64,000 bases of DNA from a virus (Duplodnaviria > Caudoviricetes), in the IMG/VR virus record IMGVR_UViG_2061766007_000924, positions 1 to 64,000 of that record; one strand, 5' to 3'. The notes under the pieces were generated by a model that had not been told where the DNA came from, did no database searches, and saw only the letters and a program-made list of their open reading frames with translations. The number at the start of each line of letters is the position of its first letter. Within the stretch, counting starts at the first letter, position 1. This document shows positions 1-9,347 of the stretch, piece after piece. The translations under genes and the position numbers were made by a program.

Positions 1-2
1 TG

Positions 3-1172
3 GCTGGTCATACCCGCCACAAAGCGATCAAAAAGCTGGGATGGAAAACAGTAGAGGTCATAGTCAAAGAAGGACTCACAGAAGAACAGAAAAAGAAATA
101 CAGGCTGCTGGACAACAAGACTGGTGAGCTTGCTGAGTGGAACATGGAGAAACTGAGCATGGAGCTTGAAGGGATTGACTTCGGCAGCTTTGATTTTGGC
201 TTTGGAGCTGTAAGTGATGAGAGCATACCCACAATAGGTGATGATGGGTATGACGTAGCAGAGCAAGAGTCTCATGTCGAAAACAGAGCAAAACGAGGTG
301 ATGTCTGGCAATGCGGTCAACACAGGGTTTGCTGCGGAGACAGCACAAGCGCGGAAGATGTCGCAAAGCTCATGGATGGAGAAGAGAGCAAGCTGCTGTT
401 TACGAGTCCGCCTTACAGCGATATGAGAAGCTACAGAGGCGGAAAGAATCTTGATGTAGTCTTTCTCGCAAACTTTATTCCGACTTATGCGCCTTACGCG
501 AACATTCAGGCTGTCAACTTGGGCATTCAGAGGAAAGACAATGAGATAATTCCTTATTGGGACGCTTACATAGAGAGGGCAAAGCAATCAGGGCTCAAGC
601 TTTTGTGTTGGAACGTCTGGGACAAGATGACAGCCGGGAGCATCGGAAATCAGGACGCAGTTGTGCCTATTCGTCACGAATGGATCTTCGTTTTTGGGAA
701 AAAGCCTGTAGATATCAACCTCACATGGCTGAAAAAGGCAGAGAGTATCAAAAAGGCAGGGACAACGAAGACAAAGGGCGCGAGGCAGGTCAACGGAGTC
801 GATGTAAAAGAGGTTACAACGTCTGGAGCTACAAACAAGGCTTATAAAAAGATGGAAAGCGTTGTTGACATACCGGATCAGGCGAATCTTGAGAGCGTGA
901 CAAAGCAAAGACCTGAGCAGGGAAAAATCACAAAGGAACACCCTGCTACGTTCCCGGTGTATCTTCCTGCTGAGTACATTGTTGCTTTCACAGATAAAGG
1001 AGATTCTGTAGTTGAGCCGTTTGGAGGTTCAGGAACAACTATGATTGCTTGCGAACAGCTTGGAAGACGGTGCTATTCTATGGAGCTCGATGAACATTTC
1101 ACTGACGTGCTGCTTGACAGATGGGAGAAGTTCACAGGCGGCAAGGCGGAGTTGGTATATAGAGAGGGCTAA
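3..1172 (+). CDS. ParB-N-domain / DNA (N4-C/N6-A) methyltransferase fusion, 5'-truncated by window edge
   Basis: Frame is open from nt 3 (AGHTRHKAIKKLG...RLLDNKTGE = ParB/Srx tail). FTSPPY catalytic motif, HPATFP, and EPFGGSGTT SAM-binding motif (beta-class order). Confidence 0.9.
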   Translation, partial: AGHTRHKAIKKLGWKTVEVIVKEGLTEEQKKKYRLLDNKTGELAEWNMEKLSMELEGIDFGSFDFGFGAVSDESIPTIGDDGYDVAEQESHVENRAKRGDVWQCGQHRVCCGDSTSAEDVAKLMDGEESKLLFTSPPYSDMRSYRGGKNLDVVFLANFIPTYAPYANIQAVNLGIQRKDNEIIPYWDAYIERAKQSGLKLLCWNVWDKMTAGSIGNQDAVVPIRHEWIFVFGKKPVDINLTWLKKAESIKKAGTTKTKGARQVNGVDVKEVTTSGATNKAYKKMESVVDIPDQANLESVTKQRPEQGKITKEHPATFPVYLPAEYIVAFTDKGDSVVEPFGGSGTTMIACEQLGRRCYSMELDEHFTDVLLDRWEKFTGGKAELVYREG

Positions 1173-1175
1173 GAA

Positions 1176-1661
1176 ATGATCAGGTATCTTTTTGCGACAA
1201 ATGAAGAGGCACAGAGGTTCTGCGATGCTGGTGGAGAAGACTTGCCGGGTTGCAAAATAGAGGTTGTTGGTATTGGCGCTCAGGATATGCCGTTTCATGA
1301 TGAAGAAGACGTATTGGTGAACATTGGGTATTGCAGATCCAATAATGTTATTTCTGGGATGATCGTTGAGCCGTCTTATGTCCTGAGCGCAAACACGGGG
1401 GAGATAATCAGGATCACGCCAGTTTTTCCGGTGGAGAGCAGACTATGTGTAACGTGCGACAGGCTGGAAAAGGAAACTATGAGGAACTGCTATGCGATAT
1501 ACGACACAGAGCTTTTCAACATAGCGGAGGATCACAGGGGAAAGGTTCATGCGCTGAAAATAGTCGAAGGTAATCTGAACCGGAAAGGTAGACCAGACAT
1601 AAACGAGGCAGAGCAATGGTCAAGAGTTGTAAAACTGATTCACCAGAGCTTGAAGGAGTAA
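1176..1661 (+). CDS. Hypothetical protein, possibly a degenerate nucleoside phosphorylase / MTA-SAH nucleosidase fold
   Basis: VVGIG...VNIGYC...YDTELF...ALKIVEGNL loosely resembles the PNP_UDP_1 pattern (GIG, NxGxAG, DME, KxVSD). Confidence 0.4.
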   Translation: MIRYLFATNEEAQRFCDAGGEDLPGCKIEVVGIGAQDMPFHDEEDVLVNIGYCRSNNVISGMIVEPSYVLSANTGEIIRITPVFPVESRLCVTCDRLEKETMRNCYAIYDTELFNIAEDHRGKVHALKIVEGNLNRKGRPDINEAEQWSRVVKLIHQSLKE

Positions 1662-1662
1662 C

Positions 1663-2124
1663 ATGAAGATTGAACTTGTTCCCTGTTATTTAGACAGGGA
1701 ACTTTTTTTACGCTTGGCGAAGGACTACATAGAGACTCTGCATGAGTACGACAGTTCGATAATCTGGGATGAAGGAGCAATGAGTCACATGATATGGGAC
1801 GCTCAGTTCATCATGGAGGATAGAACAATTCAAGGGTTCATCATATCAGAGGACGTAAAGTTTGCGGTCTACAAAGATGTGAAATATATAGCGGAGTTCT
1901 ATGTTGCGCCAGAGGCGAGAAGAAGAGGAGTTGGCATAGAGGCCGTAAAGGCGCTCCTTGAGAATTGGGATGGGGATGTGTTTTTATATATTCTTCACGG
2001 AAACTTTGAAGGACGGGCATTCTGGAGTGCCGTGGAGCAGAAATTGGGCTGGAGACGAATAGACAGGCCGGAGATCAGAAAAGAAGAGGGCTGTGAGCTA
2101 ATGGTGTATGAAATTGATAGGTAA
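1663..2124 (+). CDS. GNAT-family acetyltransferase
   Basis: IAEFYVAPEARRRGVG acetyl-CoA motif A; N..G..FW motif B. Confidence 0.85.
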   Translation: MKIELVPCYLDRELFLRLAKDYIETLHEYDSSIIWDEGAMSHMIWDAQFIMEDRTIQGFIISEDVKFAVYKDVKYIAEFYVAPEARRRGVGIEAVKALLENWDGDVFLYILHGNFEGRAFWSAVEQKLGWRRIDRPEIRKEEGCELMVYEIDR

Positions 2125-2296
2125 GATCTATTACTGGATCAGAGATACAATACGCCGCATAAGATGCAAGCATGAGTATGTGCTTGTATACGAGTTCAGA
2201 ATAGGCAATGAGTATATTGAGCGCAAGTATCGTTGCAGAAAATGCGGGTGCAGGAAAATTACAAAAAAGGGAAAGAAGCGAGGCAAATGGAGGTAG
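2108..2296 (+). CDS. Small Zn-ribbon phage protein
   Basis: CKHEY...CRKCG; overlaps its neighbours in operon fashion. Confidence 0.6.
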   Translation: MKLIGKIYYWIRDTIRRIRCKHEYVLVYEFRIGNEYIERKYRCRKCGCRKITKKGKKRGKWR

Positions 2297-2907
2297 ACAT
2301 GGATAAGAAAGAAGAGGTAAAAACCACAAAGAAACGTGGTAGGCAGAGGAAGAATGTTGCCGAAAAGGTTGACAAGGTAGAGAAGGTAGAGGCTGAAAAA
2401 GTAGCGGAAGGTGGAGTGAAGCGGGGAGGCGTTGGCGGAAACGGCAACCTGATTCCGCTGAATCAGCGAACAAAGGAAGAGCGAAGGGAAATATGCACGA
2501 AAGCCGGAGTAGCTTCTGGAGCGTCAAGGCGCAAGAGGAAAGCGATTCGGGAGTTTCTGAATGATTTTTTAGATGCTGAGGCTGTGCCGCTGCTCAAGGC
2601 TAATATGCAGAAACTTGGGGTTCAGGCAGAAGATCAGAGCAACTATGCTGCGCTGTGCATGTCTCTTTTCAGTAAGGCGCTGAATCATGGAGACATAAAC
2701 GCATTCAGGACGCTGATGGAGTATGCAGGTAGAGCACCTTTGCAAGAGATGCGAGAGAATGAGGCTATAGCCAGAATGTCTCAGGTGATGCAGCTTGCAG
2801 AGCACAATGACGAGGACGATAACAGCGAGATTGAGGATGTCGTTTTCTATATACCGGACAATGGGCGCACAGTAATCAAAAACGAGGACGTGGTGAATGT
2901 AGAATGA
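2287..2907 (+). CDS. terS: Terminase small subunit (probable)
   Basis: NLIPLNQRTKEERREICTKAGVASGASRRKRK and KALNHGDINAF motifs; lies just upstream of TerL. Confidence 0.7.
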   Translation: MEVDMDKKEEVKTTKKRGRQRKNVAEKVDKVEKVEAEKVAEGGVKRGGVGGNGNLIPLNQRTKEERREICTKAGVASGASRRKRKAIREFLNDFLDAEAVPLLKANMQKLGVQAEDQSNYAALCMSLFSKALNHGDINAFRTLMEYAGRAPLQEMRENEAIARMSQVMQLAEHNDEDDNSEIEDVVFYIPDNGRTVIKNEDVVNVE

Positions 2908-3128
2908 CGAGATGGAGAAACTACTACACATCGGAAATTGAACTGAAAAGGGATGTCAGGGAAAGGTTGGAAAGGGCGCGGAAGGATGGTGTTTCAAGCG
3001 GAGTCATAGCAAAGGAAAGCAGCAAGGGCATGAGCATACATGTTATCTATGACATGCTTGAAGCAAAAGCATATCCTGCGGAGATGTGGAGCAAGGTTGA
3101 CAAAGGGCTGAGGAAGCTTGGGTATTGA
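2904..3128 (+). CDS. Small hypothetical (HTH-like) protein
   Basis: 74-aa ORF coupled to terS by an ATGA overlap. Confidence 0.55.
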   Translation: MTRWRNYYTSEIELKRDVRERLERARKDGVSSGVIAKESSKGMSIHVIYDMLEAKAYPAEMWSKVDKGLRKLGY

Positions 3129-3177
3129 AAACCGGGGGGCTTTTAGAATTGAGAGCGAAAAGAGGGTGATTGAAGAA

Positions 3178-4581
3178 ATGCCAAAGATTATAAAGCCGCA
3201 AGAGGGGCCACAGACGGCATTTCTTTAGCTTTCAAGTTCGGCAGACATTGTGATATATGGAGGGGCCGCAGGTGGAGGGAAAAGTTGGGGGCTACTTCTT
3301 GAGCCAATAAGGTACAAAAACCACAAAGGCTACAATGCGACAATATTCAGGACGCAGTTTACGGATCTGATAAGAGCTGGTAGCTTGTGGGAAGAATCGT
3401 ACACGCTATACGGAAGCATTAAGAATGCAGTAGCTAAACTTGGCGATAGGCAGTGGATTTTTAGGGACAAAAAAGGAAACGTAACGTCAAAGGTCACGTT
3501 CGCATACATCAATGAGCAGAATATGGGCACTTACAAAGGTAGCCAGTTATGCATGATTGGGTATGACGAGCTGACAGATTTCTCGCAAAAAGTATTCTTT
3601 TTCATGCTTTCTCGTAACCGTTCTACTTGCGGCGTGGTGCCATATATCAGGGCGACATGTAACCCAGATCCAGACTCATGGGTGGCAAAGTTCATTGAGT
3701 GGTGGATAGATCAAGATACAGGCTACGCAATACCGGAGAGGTCTGGAGTCATAAGGTGGTTTGTCCGCAGAGACGAGAAAATATATTGGGCAGACACGAA
3801 AGAAGAACTATGGGAAAAGTTTGAGCTTAACACACCAGAGGAAAAAGAAGAGCCACGGTCTGTAACATTCATAGCATCAAGCGTATATGACAACAAAGAG
3901 CTTTTGAAGGTCAATCCTCAGTATTTGGGCAACCTAAAGGCTATGGCTGAGGTTGAAAGAGAGAGGTTCTTAAAGGGCAACTGGAAGATCAAACCTGCGG
4001 CTGGACTCATTTTTAAGCGTTCACAGGTCAATATCATTGAGGCAGAGCCAACGGACTTGCTGTTTGTATGCAGGGCATGGGATATTGCAGCGACAGAGAA
4101 AAAGGAAAAGAGTGACGATCCAGACTATACGGCTGGAGTGCTGATGGGCAAGAGAAAAAACGGCAGGTATGTTGTTTTGGATGTAATCAATCAGCAAGTG
4201 GGAGCCGCCGAGGTAGAAAATCTCATAAGGAACACAGCAATAGCAGACAGAAAGAAATATGGTCATTTAGTGAGGATCAGGTTGCCGCAAGACCCCGGTG
4301 GAGCTGGAAAGATAGTAGCAACAGACTGGGTGAGAAAGCTTGCTGGATTCTCAGTCAAGGCAGAGAGAGTAACAGGAAGCAAGGTAACGAGGGCGAATCC
4401 TTTTGCGGCACAGTGGCAGGTAGGTAATGTGGATGTGCTTGAGGCTGACTGGAATGACGCATATTTTAAGCAATTAGAGTTCTTCCCAGAGGGAAAACAT
4501 GATGACATGGTAGACGCAAGCTCAGACTCGTTCAACGAGTTATCAGCGCCTACATTCAACGTATCAAGTTTAGTTAGATGA
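3178..4581 (+). CDS. terL: Terminase large subunit, with an in-frame TAG at codon 17 (3226-3228)
   Basis: Walker A YGGAAGGGKS, Walker B IGYDEL, ATCNP coupling motif, RNase H-like RAWDIA and HDDMVDA. ATG 3178 with RBS gives MPKIIKPQEGPQTAFL* in frame with the 3250 ORF. Confidence 0.92.
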
Positions 4582-4630
4582 TGCAGTGCGGGTAGCACTG
4601 CTATTTTTGTTTGTTGAAAGGAGTATCGGG

Positions 4631-7600
4631 ATGGATGCTGCTATAAACGACTATAGAGCAAGAAGGGAGAAAAGACTTGCTGAAAGGGGTATCTATCCTG
4701 AGAAGATCAGCAAGATCATTGCATTTGCCCAAAGAAGAGCTGCAAGGCTGGATGCAAGAGGCTACAGGGCGGACGCAGAGGGAGACGATCAAGACAACAA
4801 TCAGAATGAGGGTGGCGGAGGTTCTTCTGATGGCGCTCATGGTAATACCAGACTGCCTTTTGGCCTTTGCATGAGGTTCGGCATAGACATAGACCCGTCA
4901 TGGGGGCCGAGAGAGGCTTGGGATGCTCTCGCTGGTAAGGGAATAACACCAGCAGGGGCTTATGAAAGGCTCAAGAAGGGCGAAGATCCGGGAACGCCAG
5001 ACACGCCGGAGCCCCCTAAAGAGCCCGTTAGAAAAATAGCCGATAAGGACTACGGCGGAGCAGAATATGGATCTCTCAGAGGAAGAAAAAGAGATTGGGG
5101 AAGAGGCTACGAGCCGTGGATGCTGTATGGTGATAAAATTGACGGAACCGGAGATGGGAGCTACGCGCCAAGTCGGATGTCTGAGTCGTTTTGGACGAAA
5201 ACAGACATGTTCAGGTATCTCAAAGAAAGGGGCGTAGAAGAGTTTGAAGATCCAGAAACGGGTGAGCTCATCAATCCGAAGGAGATGGAGCTGCCAAAAG
5301 CGGTGTTCAAAAGGGGAGTAACTGGGTATACGGCAGTAACAATAGGGCTTAGAGATGGAAGGTACACTGTTGTTGGCACCGACATGGACGGGAAGAAAAA
5401 GACGATAAAGGATTACGGCTCTTTGAAGGAAGCGAAAGAATATCTTGAGGCGTATGGGGTAAAGGAAGAGGACATAAAGCTGTCTCCAGCATTGAAAAAG
5501 AGAGAGAAAGAGCGCCTTGAGTGGCTGTCTTCTGACAAAAAGCTCTATTTCGAGGATGGCGGTGTTAAGTATGGCGATCCTAAGATAGAAAAAGACTGGA
5601 AAGGTTATTATTTGGAAGGTGAAGCTGAGGACGGCAGCAAATTCTCAAGAAAATTTATGTCCAAGGCAGAGCTTATTAAATACTTGAAGGATCAGGGCGT
5701 TGAAAGGGTAAAATTTGAGAAAGAGACCATCAATCCCAAAGAATACGAGATCCCGGATACGAAAGCCACAATAGGAGGAAGATCTTATCAGGATGTAGAA
5801 CTGAGAGTGAGCCCGTATGGTGAGGTGTCACTGATCGGTACGGACTTGGATGGCGAAAGCAGAGCTATTGCCATAAGAAGATATGGTGAGACGCTTGGTG
5901 CGTTCAAAGAGAGAATAAGTCAGGACTATGGGCTTGGCGAAGATAAGCTGACGATTACCGATGAGACAAAACAAAAAATGGCTGAGATAGAGAAGGAAGA
6001 GGAAGAGAAGGAGCGCAGAAGAAAAGAGTTCGAGTCAAAGGCCATAATGTGGCCCACAGGCAGGAAATATGCAGATATAGAGCTCATGAAGGACGGGGAC
6101 GGCGTTTACTCGTTCTATGGATATACGAAGGATGGAGACAAAAGGAGAATCGCTTACGGAGAAGATTTTTATGGCGCGGAGAAATATGCGGAGGAAGCAG
6201 GGCACGATATAAGCGAATTTATCAAGGATGATGATGTAAGAAAAGACTATGAACGCTACAAGGACTCGATGAAGGACTTTGAAGCGAAAGCGTCTGATTT
6301 TGCTGGAGATAAGTACGCTGATATACAGATCATTTATGAAGGTGGCATGTACAAAGTCAGGGGTATAAATCCGAGGGGCCGAATGAAGGAAATCGCCAGA
6401 GAGACAAGCTATGAGGGTCTTGAGAAAGTGCTGAATCAGTACGGCTATTCTCCGACACAGTTCCCGATGGACGATGAGGCCACAAAGCGTAAAGATAGGG
6501 CCATGAAAGCAAAGTATGCGCTTGCTACAGGTGGGTATTATTCGCTCGGCAAAAAGGACGAGGCGTTCAAGGATATCTGTGTTCAGCAAGATCCGTCCGG
6601 AGAATGGTACATTATAGGCACAGACGTTGACGGGAAAGAAAAGCAGGTCGAAATTGTTAGATCATGGGACGATGCTGTGACCAAGATGAGCAAATACGGA
6701 GTATCGGACTATAAGATGAAAGACAAGTCTGGAGCTGAGATGGGCAAGCCTACTTATGGCATGCACGGCGTAATGCTTATGAGAAAACCGGGCGGCGGAT
6801 TTGTTGTTTATGCAGACACAGACAGGTTCGGAGCGCATGAGATCATGTACGAGTCTCCGAAAGAAGAAGAAGCGAGAAAGTGGCTGAGAGACAACAATGT
6901 GCCTGAGAGTGGGATCAAGACAAAGGGCATGAATCCGAATGACGATGTTGTCAGAGTAGCGCATACAAAGACAATGAAAAACTTCGATACTCATAGAATG
7001 AAAGCCATTGAAGGAACATTTATTGAGGACATGTCAGAAGAGGACAAGAAGGATGCTGCTGACATGATGGCGGAACTGTTCAACCAAGGCGAGTACAGAG
7101 TAGCGAGAAGCACAGATTCGTTTGCTGGTATTTTGGAAAACGGGTATAAGAGTCAGATTGAAATGGGCAAGGGCGGATATGGAGCCTCAAAGGATAAAGA
7201 AGGAAGGAAAGATTGCAGCAATCAAATGTATGGGCACGGTGGGCTGGATAAAACAGAGTATGAGAAGATGGGTTATATTGCGCCTCCTGACATTGCAGAG
7301 GACTACGACACTGGGGATCATCCATTTTATGGCGGATATTCTTCGATGACATACACTCTGAAAAAAGATACACTAAAGGACAGAACAACGTATACATTCG
7401 GAGACTCGCTAAACACATATATGCATGGCAGAGGATCGTTGAAGTCTGCTGGATATGCTGGGGAAAACCCGACAATCGAGGGGCTTACAGGAATAGGCGG
7501 TAAGACATATATGGATAGAGCACTTAGGGCATACAGAGAGTACAAACGGGGAGACATTTCTTTCTCTGAAATGTTCAAAAGAGTCAGGAGCTTGGCTAAC

Positions 7601-7843
7601 AACAACTATATTGAGTTGCAATTTACAGGGCCGGTAACTGCGTCTGATATCAAGAAGGTGTCATTTGACAATGTTAAGCATATAAAAAGTGCGTTTTCAA
7701 ACATGACTCCAGAGAAGAGAAAGAAGACTATAAAGATATTAAAAGACAACGGTATTGAGGTCGAGTACAGGAAAGATAGATACAGTCCTTTTGTTGACGG
7801 ATGGGACTGGATTAAGAAAAATTATCCCGATGACGTTGCGTGA
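4631..7843 (+). CDS. Effector 1: basic leader + adaptor A + about 8 internal repeats + C-terminal DUF3626-like (ART-fold) domain
   Basis: RBS AAAGGAG before ATG 4631; YRARREKRL, RLDA/RADA, HGNTRLPFGLC...AWDALAGKG; C-terminus GYKSQIE...RTTYTFGDS...YIELQFTGPV. Confidence 0.7.
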   Translation: MDAAINDYRARREKRLAERGIYPEKISKIIAFAQRRAARLDARGYRADAEGDDQDNNQNEGGGGSSDGAHGNTRLPFGLCMRFGIDIDPSWGPREAWDALAGKGITPAGAYERLKKGEDPGTPDTPEPPKEPVRKIADKDYGGAEYGSLRGRKRDWGRGYEPWMLYGDKIDGTGDGSYAPSRMSESFWTKTDMFRYLKERGVEEFEDPETGELINPKEMELPKAVFKRGVTGYTAVTIGLRDGRYTVVGTDMDGKKKTIKDYGSLKEAKEYLEAYGVKEEDIKLSPALKKREKERLEWLSSDKKLYFEDGGVKYGDPKIEKDWKGYYLEGEAEDGSKFSRKFMSKAELIKYLKDQGVERVKFEKETINPKEYEIPDTKATIGGRSYQDVELRVSPYGEVSLIGTDLDGESRAIAIRRYGETLGAFKERISQDYGLGEDKLTITDETKQKMAEIEKEEEEKERRRKEFESKAIMWPTGRKYADIELMKDGDGVYSFYGYTKDGDKRRIAYGEDFYGAEKYAEEAGHDISEFIKDDDVRKDYERYKDSMKDFEAKASDFAGDKYADIQIIYEGGMYKVRGINPRGRMKEIARETSYEGLEKVLNQYGYSPTQFPMDDEATKRKDRAMKAKYALATGGYYSLGKKDEAFKDICVQQDPSGEWYIIGTDVDGKEKQVEIVRSWDDAVTKMSKYGVSDYKMKDKSGAEMGKPTYGMHGVMLMRKPGGGFVVYADTDRFGAHEIMYESPKEEEARKWLRDNNVPESGIKTKGMNPNDDVVRVAHTKTMKNFDTHRMKAIEGTFIEDMSEEDKKDAADMMAELFNQGEYRVARSTDSFAGILENGYKSQIEMGKGGYGASKDKEGRKDCSNQMYGHGGLDKTEYEKMGYIAPPDIAEDYDTGDHPFYGGYSSMTYTLKKDTLKDRTTYTFGDSLNTYMHGRGSLKSAGYAGENPTIEGLTGIGGKTYMDRALRAYREYKRGDISFSEMFKRVRSLANNNYIELQFTGPVTASDIKKVSFDNVKHIKSAFSNMTPEKRKKTIKILKDNGIEVEYRKDRYSPFVDGWDWIKKNYPDDVA

Positions 7844-7854
7844 TGTTGCATATA

Positions 7855-7884
7855 TTGACAACAGACTTGGCGCAGCGTTATAAT
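7855..7884 (+). promoter_or_regulatory. SigmaA-type promoter for the 7902 gene
   Basis: TTGACA-18nt-TATAAT immediately after the effector 1 stop codon. Confidence 0.8.
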
Positions 7885-7901
7885 ATAGTGGGGGTGGAGA
7901 A

Positions 7902-8267
7902 ATGGATTTTAAGCTAATAGCAAAGGTAGAAGAAGCGCTCGTTTTCGAGGTTGGAGATGGTCTATACGTCACAGTGTACTGCGATCAGGACAAGGATGAC
8001 AAAATAGACACAAGCAAGGTTCAAGTCAATATACCGTGGACAAATCCTCTCGGCAGATTTGCGTGGTCGTATACAAAGTGCAGCAGCGACCCGCTGGAGG
8101 AGGAATGCATTTCGGTTATAGAGAAAAACAAGGAAGAGATAGTTGAACGGCTGAACAGGATTCAGGAGATGTACAACGAAAATCCTGAGATGAGAGATGA
8201 AGTCATTGAAATCAGCAACGAATATCTCGATGGGTTGAAAGACGGGGAACGAGTAGACTTAGAGTAA
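7902..8267 (+). CDS. Acidic 121-aa protein, candidate immunity protein for effector 1
   Basis: Directly downstream of the toxin-like C-terminus; has its own promoter and terminator. Confidence 0.6.
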   Translation: MDFKLIAKVEEALVFEVGDGLYVTVYCDQDKDDKIDTSKVQVNIPWTNPLGRFAWSYTKCSSDPLEEECISVIEKNKEEIVERLNRIQEMYNENPEMRDEVIEISNEYLDGLKDGERVDLE

Positions 8268-8280
8268 AACAATGTGTTAA

Positions 8281-8314
8281 GAGGTCATAGCAGAGGCTAT
8301 GGCCTCTATTTTTT
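8281..8314 (+). terminator. Intrinsic terminator
   Basis: GAGGTCATAG-loop-CTATGGCCTC followed by TATTTTTT. Confidence 0.7.
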
Positions 8315-8333
8315 ATGCGCAGGAGGTGAGAAA

Positions 8334-9128
8334 ATGACAGACGTTGAAAGATTCAGACTCCGCAGGAGCAGAAGGTTGGCAGCGCGGGAAAGGATGGATG
8401 ACGAGGAAGAGAACGCAAACAACGGGGGCAAAAAAGGCGGACACGGCAACACAAAGCTGCCATACGGGTTATGCCACAAGTATGGTATCGAGATACAAAA
8501 AGGCTGGCAACCACGGGATGCTTGGGACGCTCTTGCGGAAAAAGGTGTCACTCCGGGCGATGAGTTTGCAAAGAGAGGATCTAAGCAGACAACGATCGAG
8601 ACGAAGCTTGGGACATATAAGAATACACGAGTAGAGAAGTACGGAAATCGGTATTTGATCAAGGGGGATATGCAGCCAACAGGAAAAGAGGGCTACGGGA
8701 GCAAGGGCGTTGACAACGTGCAGATAGCAGCATACACAAACAAAAAAGAGATGTTCGCGAGGCTGAAAGAGCACGGCATAACAAGTGTGGTGGATCCAGA
8801 TACGGGTGAAAAGGTGAATCCGATGAAGATGGACTTGCCAAAGGTCGTTGCTCAGAAAGGCGACAGTAGATACACAGACTTGGTGCTTGGGATTCGGTCA
8901 AATAAGTATGGTGTACCTTTCGAGAGAAAAGGCTTCACACTCGTGGCAAAGGATTTCGATGGGAAAAAGGTGGCAATGGGCACGTTCGATAGTCCAAAGC
9001 AAGCGAGAGACTATGCTATGGAAAAGTTGAAGTGCAAGAAAGAGGATATTCGAGAAACAAGAGACTACAAGGAAAAGGTAAGGCCGAAGATTGCAGAGAG
9101 CAACAGCCTATACAGACATTGGGCATAG
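8334..9128 (+). CDS. Effector-family protein 2: leader + adaptor A + about 2 repeats homologous to effector 1, no recognisable toxin domain
   Basis: AGGAGG RBS; FRLRRSRRL..RMDD, HGNTKLPYGLC; MFARLKEHG..DPDTGEKVNP matches MFRYLKERG..DPETGELINP of effector 1. Confidence 0.7.
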   Translation: MTDVERFRLRRSRRLAARERMDDEEENANNGGKKGGHGNTKLPYGLCHKYGIEIQKGWQPRDAWDALAEKGVTPGDEFAKRGSKQTTIETKLGTYKNTRVEKYGNRYLIKGDMQPTGKEGYGSKGVDNVQIAAYTNKKEMFARLKEHGITSVVDPDTGEKVNPMKMDLPKVVAQKGDSRYTDLVLGIRSNKYGVPFERKGFTLVAKDFDGKKVAMGTFDSPKQARDYAMEKLKCKKEDIRETRDYKEKVRPKIAESNSLYRHWA

Positions 9129-9347
9129 CTTTTCTCAAAAGTTGCTAAAAAGCTCTGCGAATTGCTACTTGTTTACACTTTGTTCATGAAAATGTCCATC
9201 GTAAATGATAAAATGTGCACGATGGAAAGAGTATAAGAAGCGGAAGCGCCGGGCAACTGGCGCTTTTATTATAATTGGGGCTTGCGTTTGCGGATGCATG
9301 CTTGGGAGCGCTTGGAAACAGGCGCTCTTTCTTTTTACCAACAACGG

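Noticed and set aside
3226-3228. Genome-wide TAG recoding (genetic code 15)
   Set aside because: Other long genes are uninterrupted and many genes end at TAG with the next gene following directly; this is a single local event.
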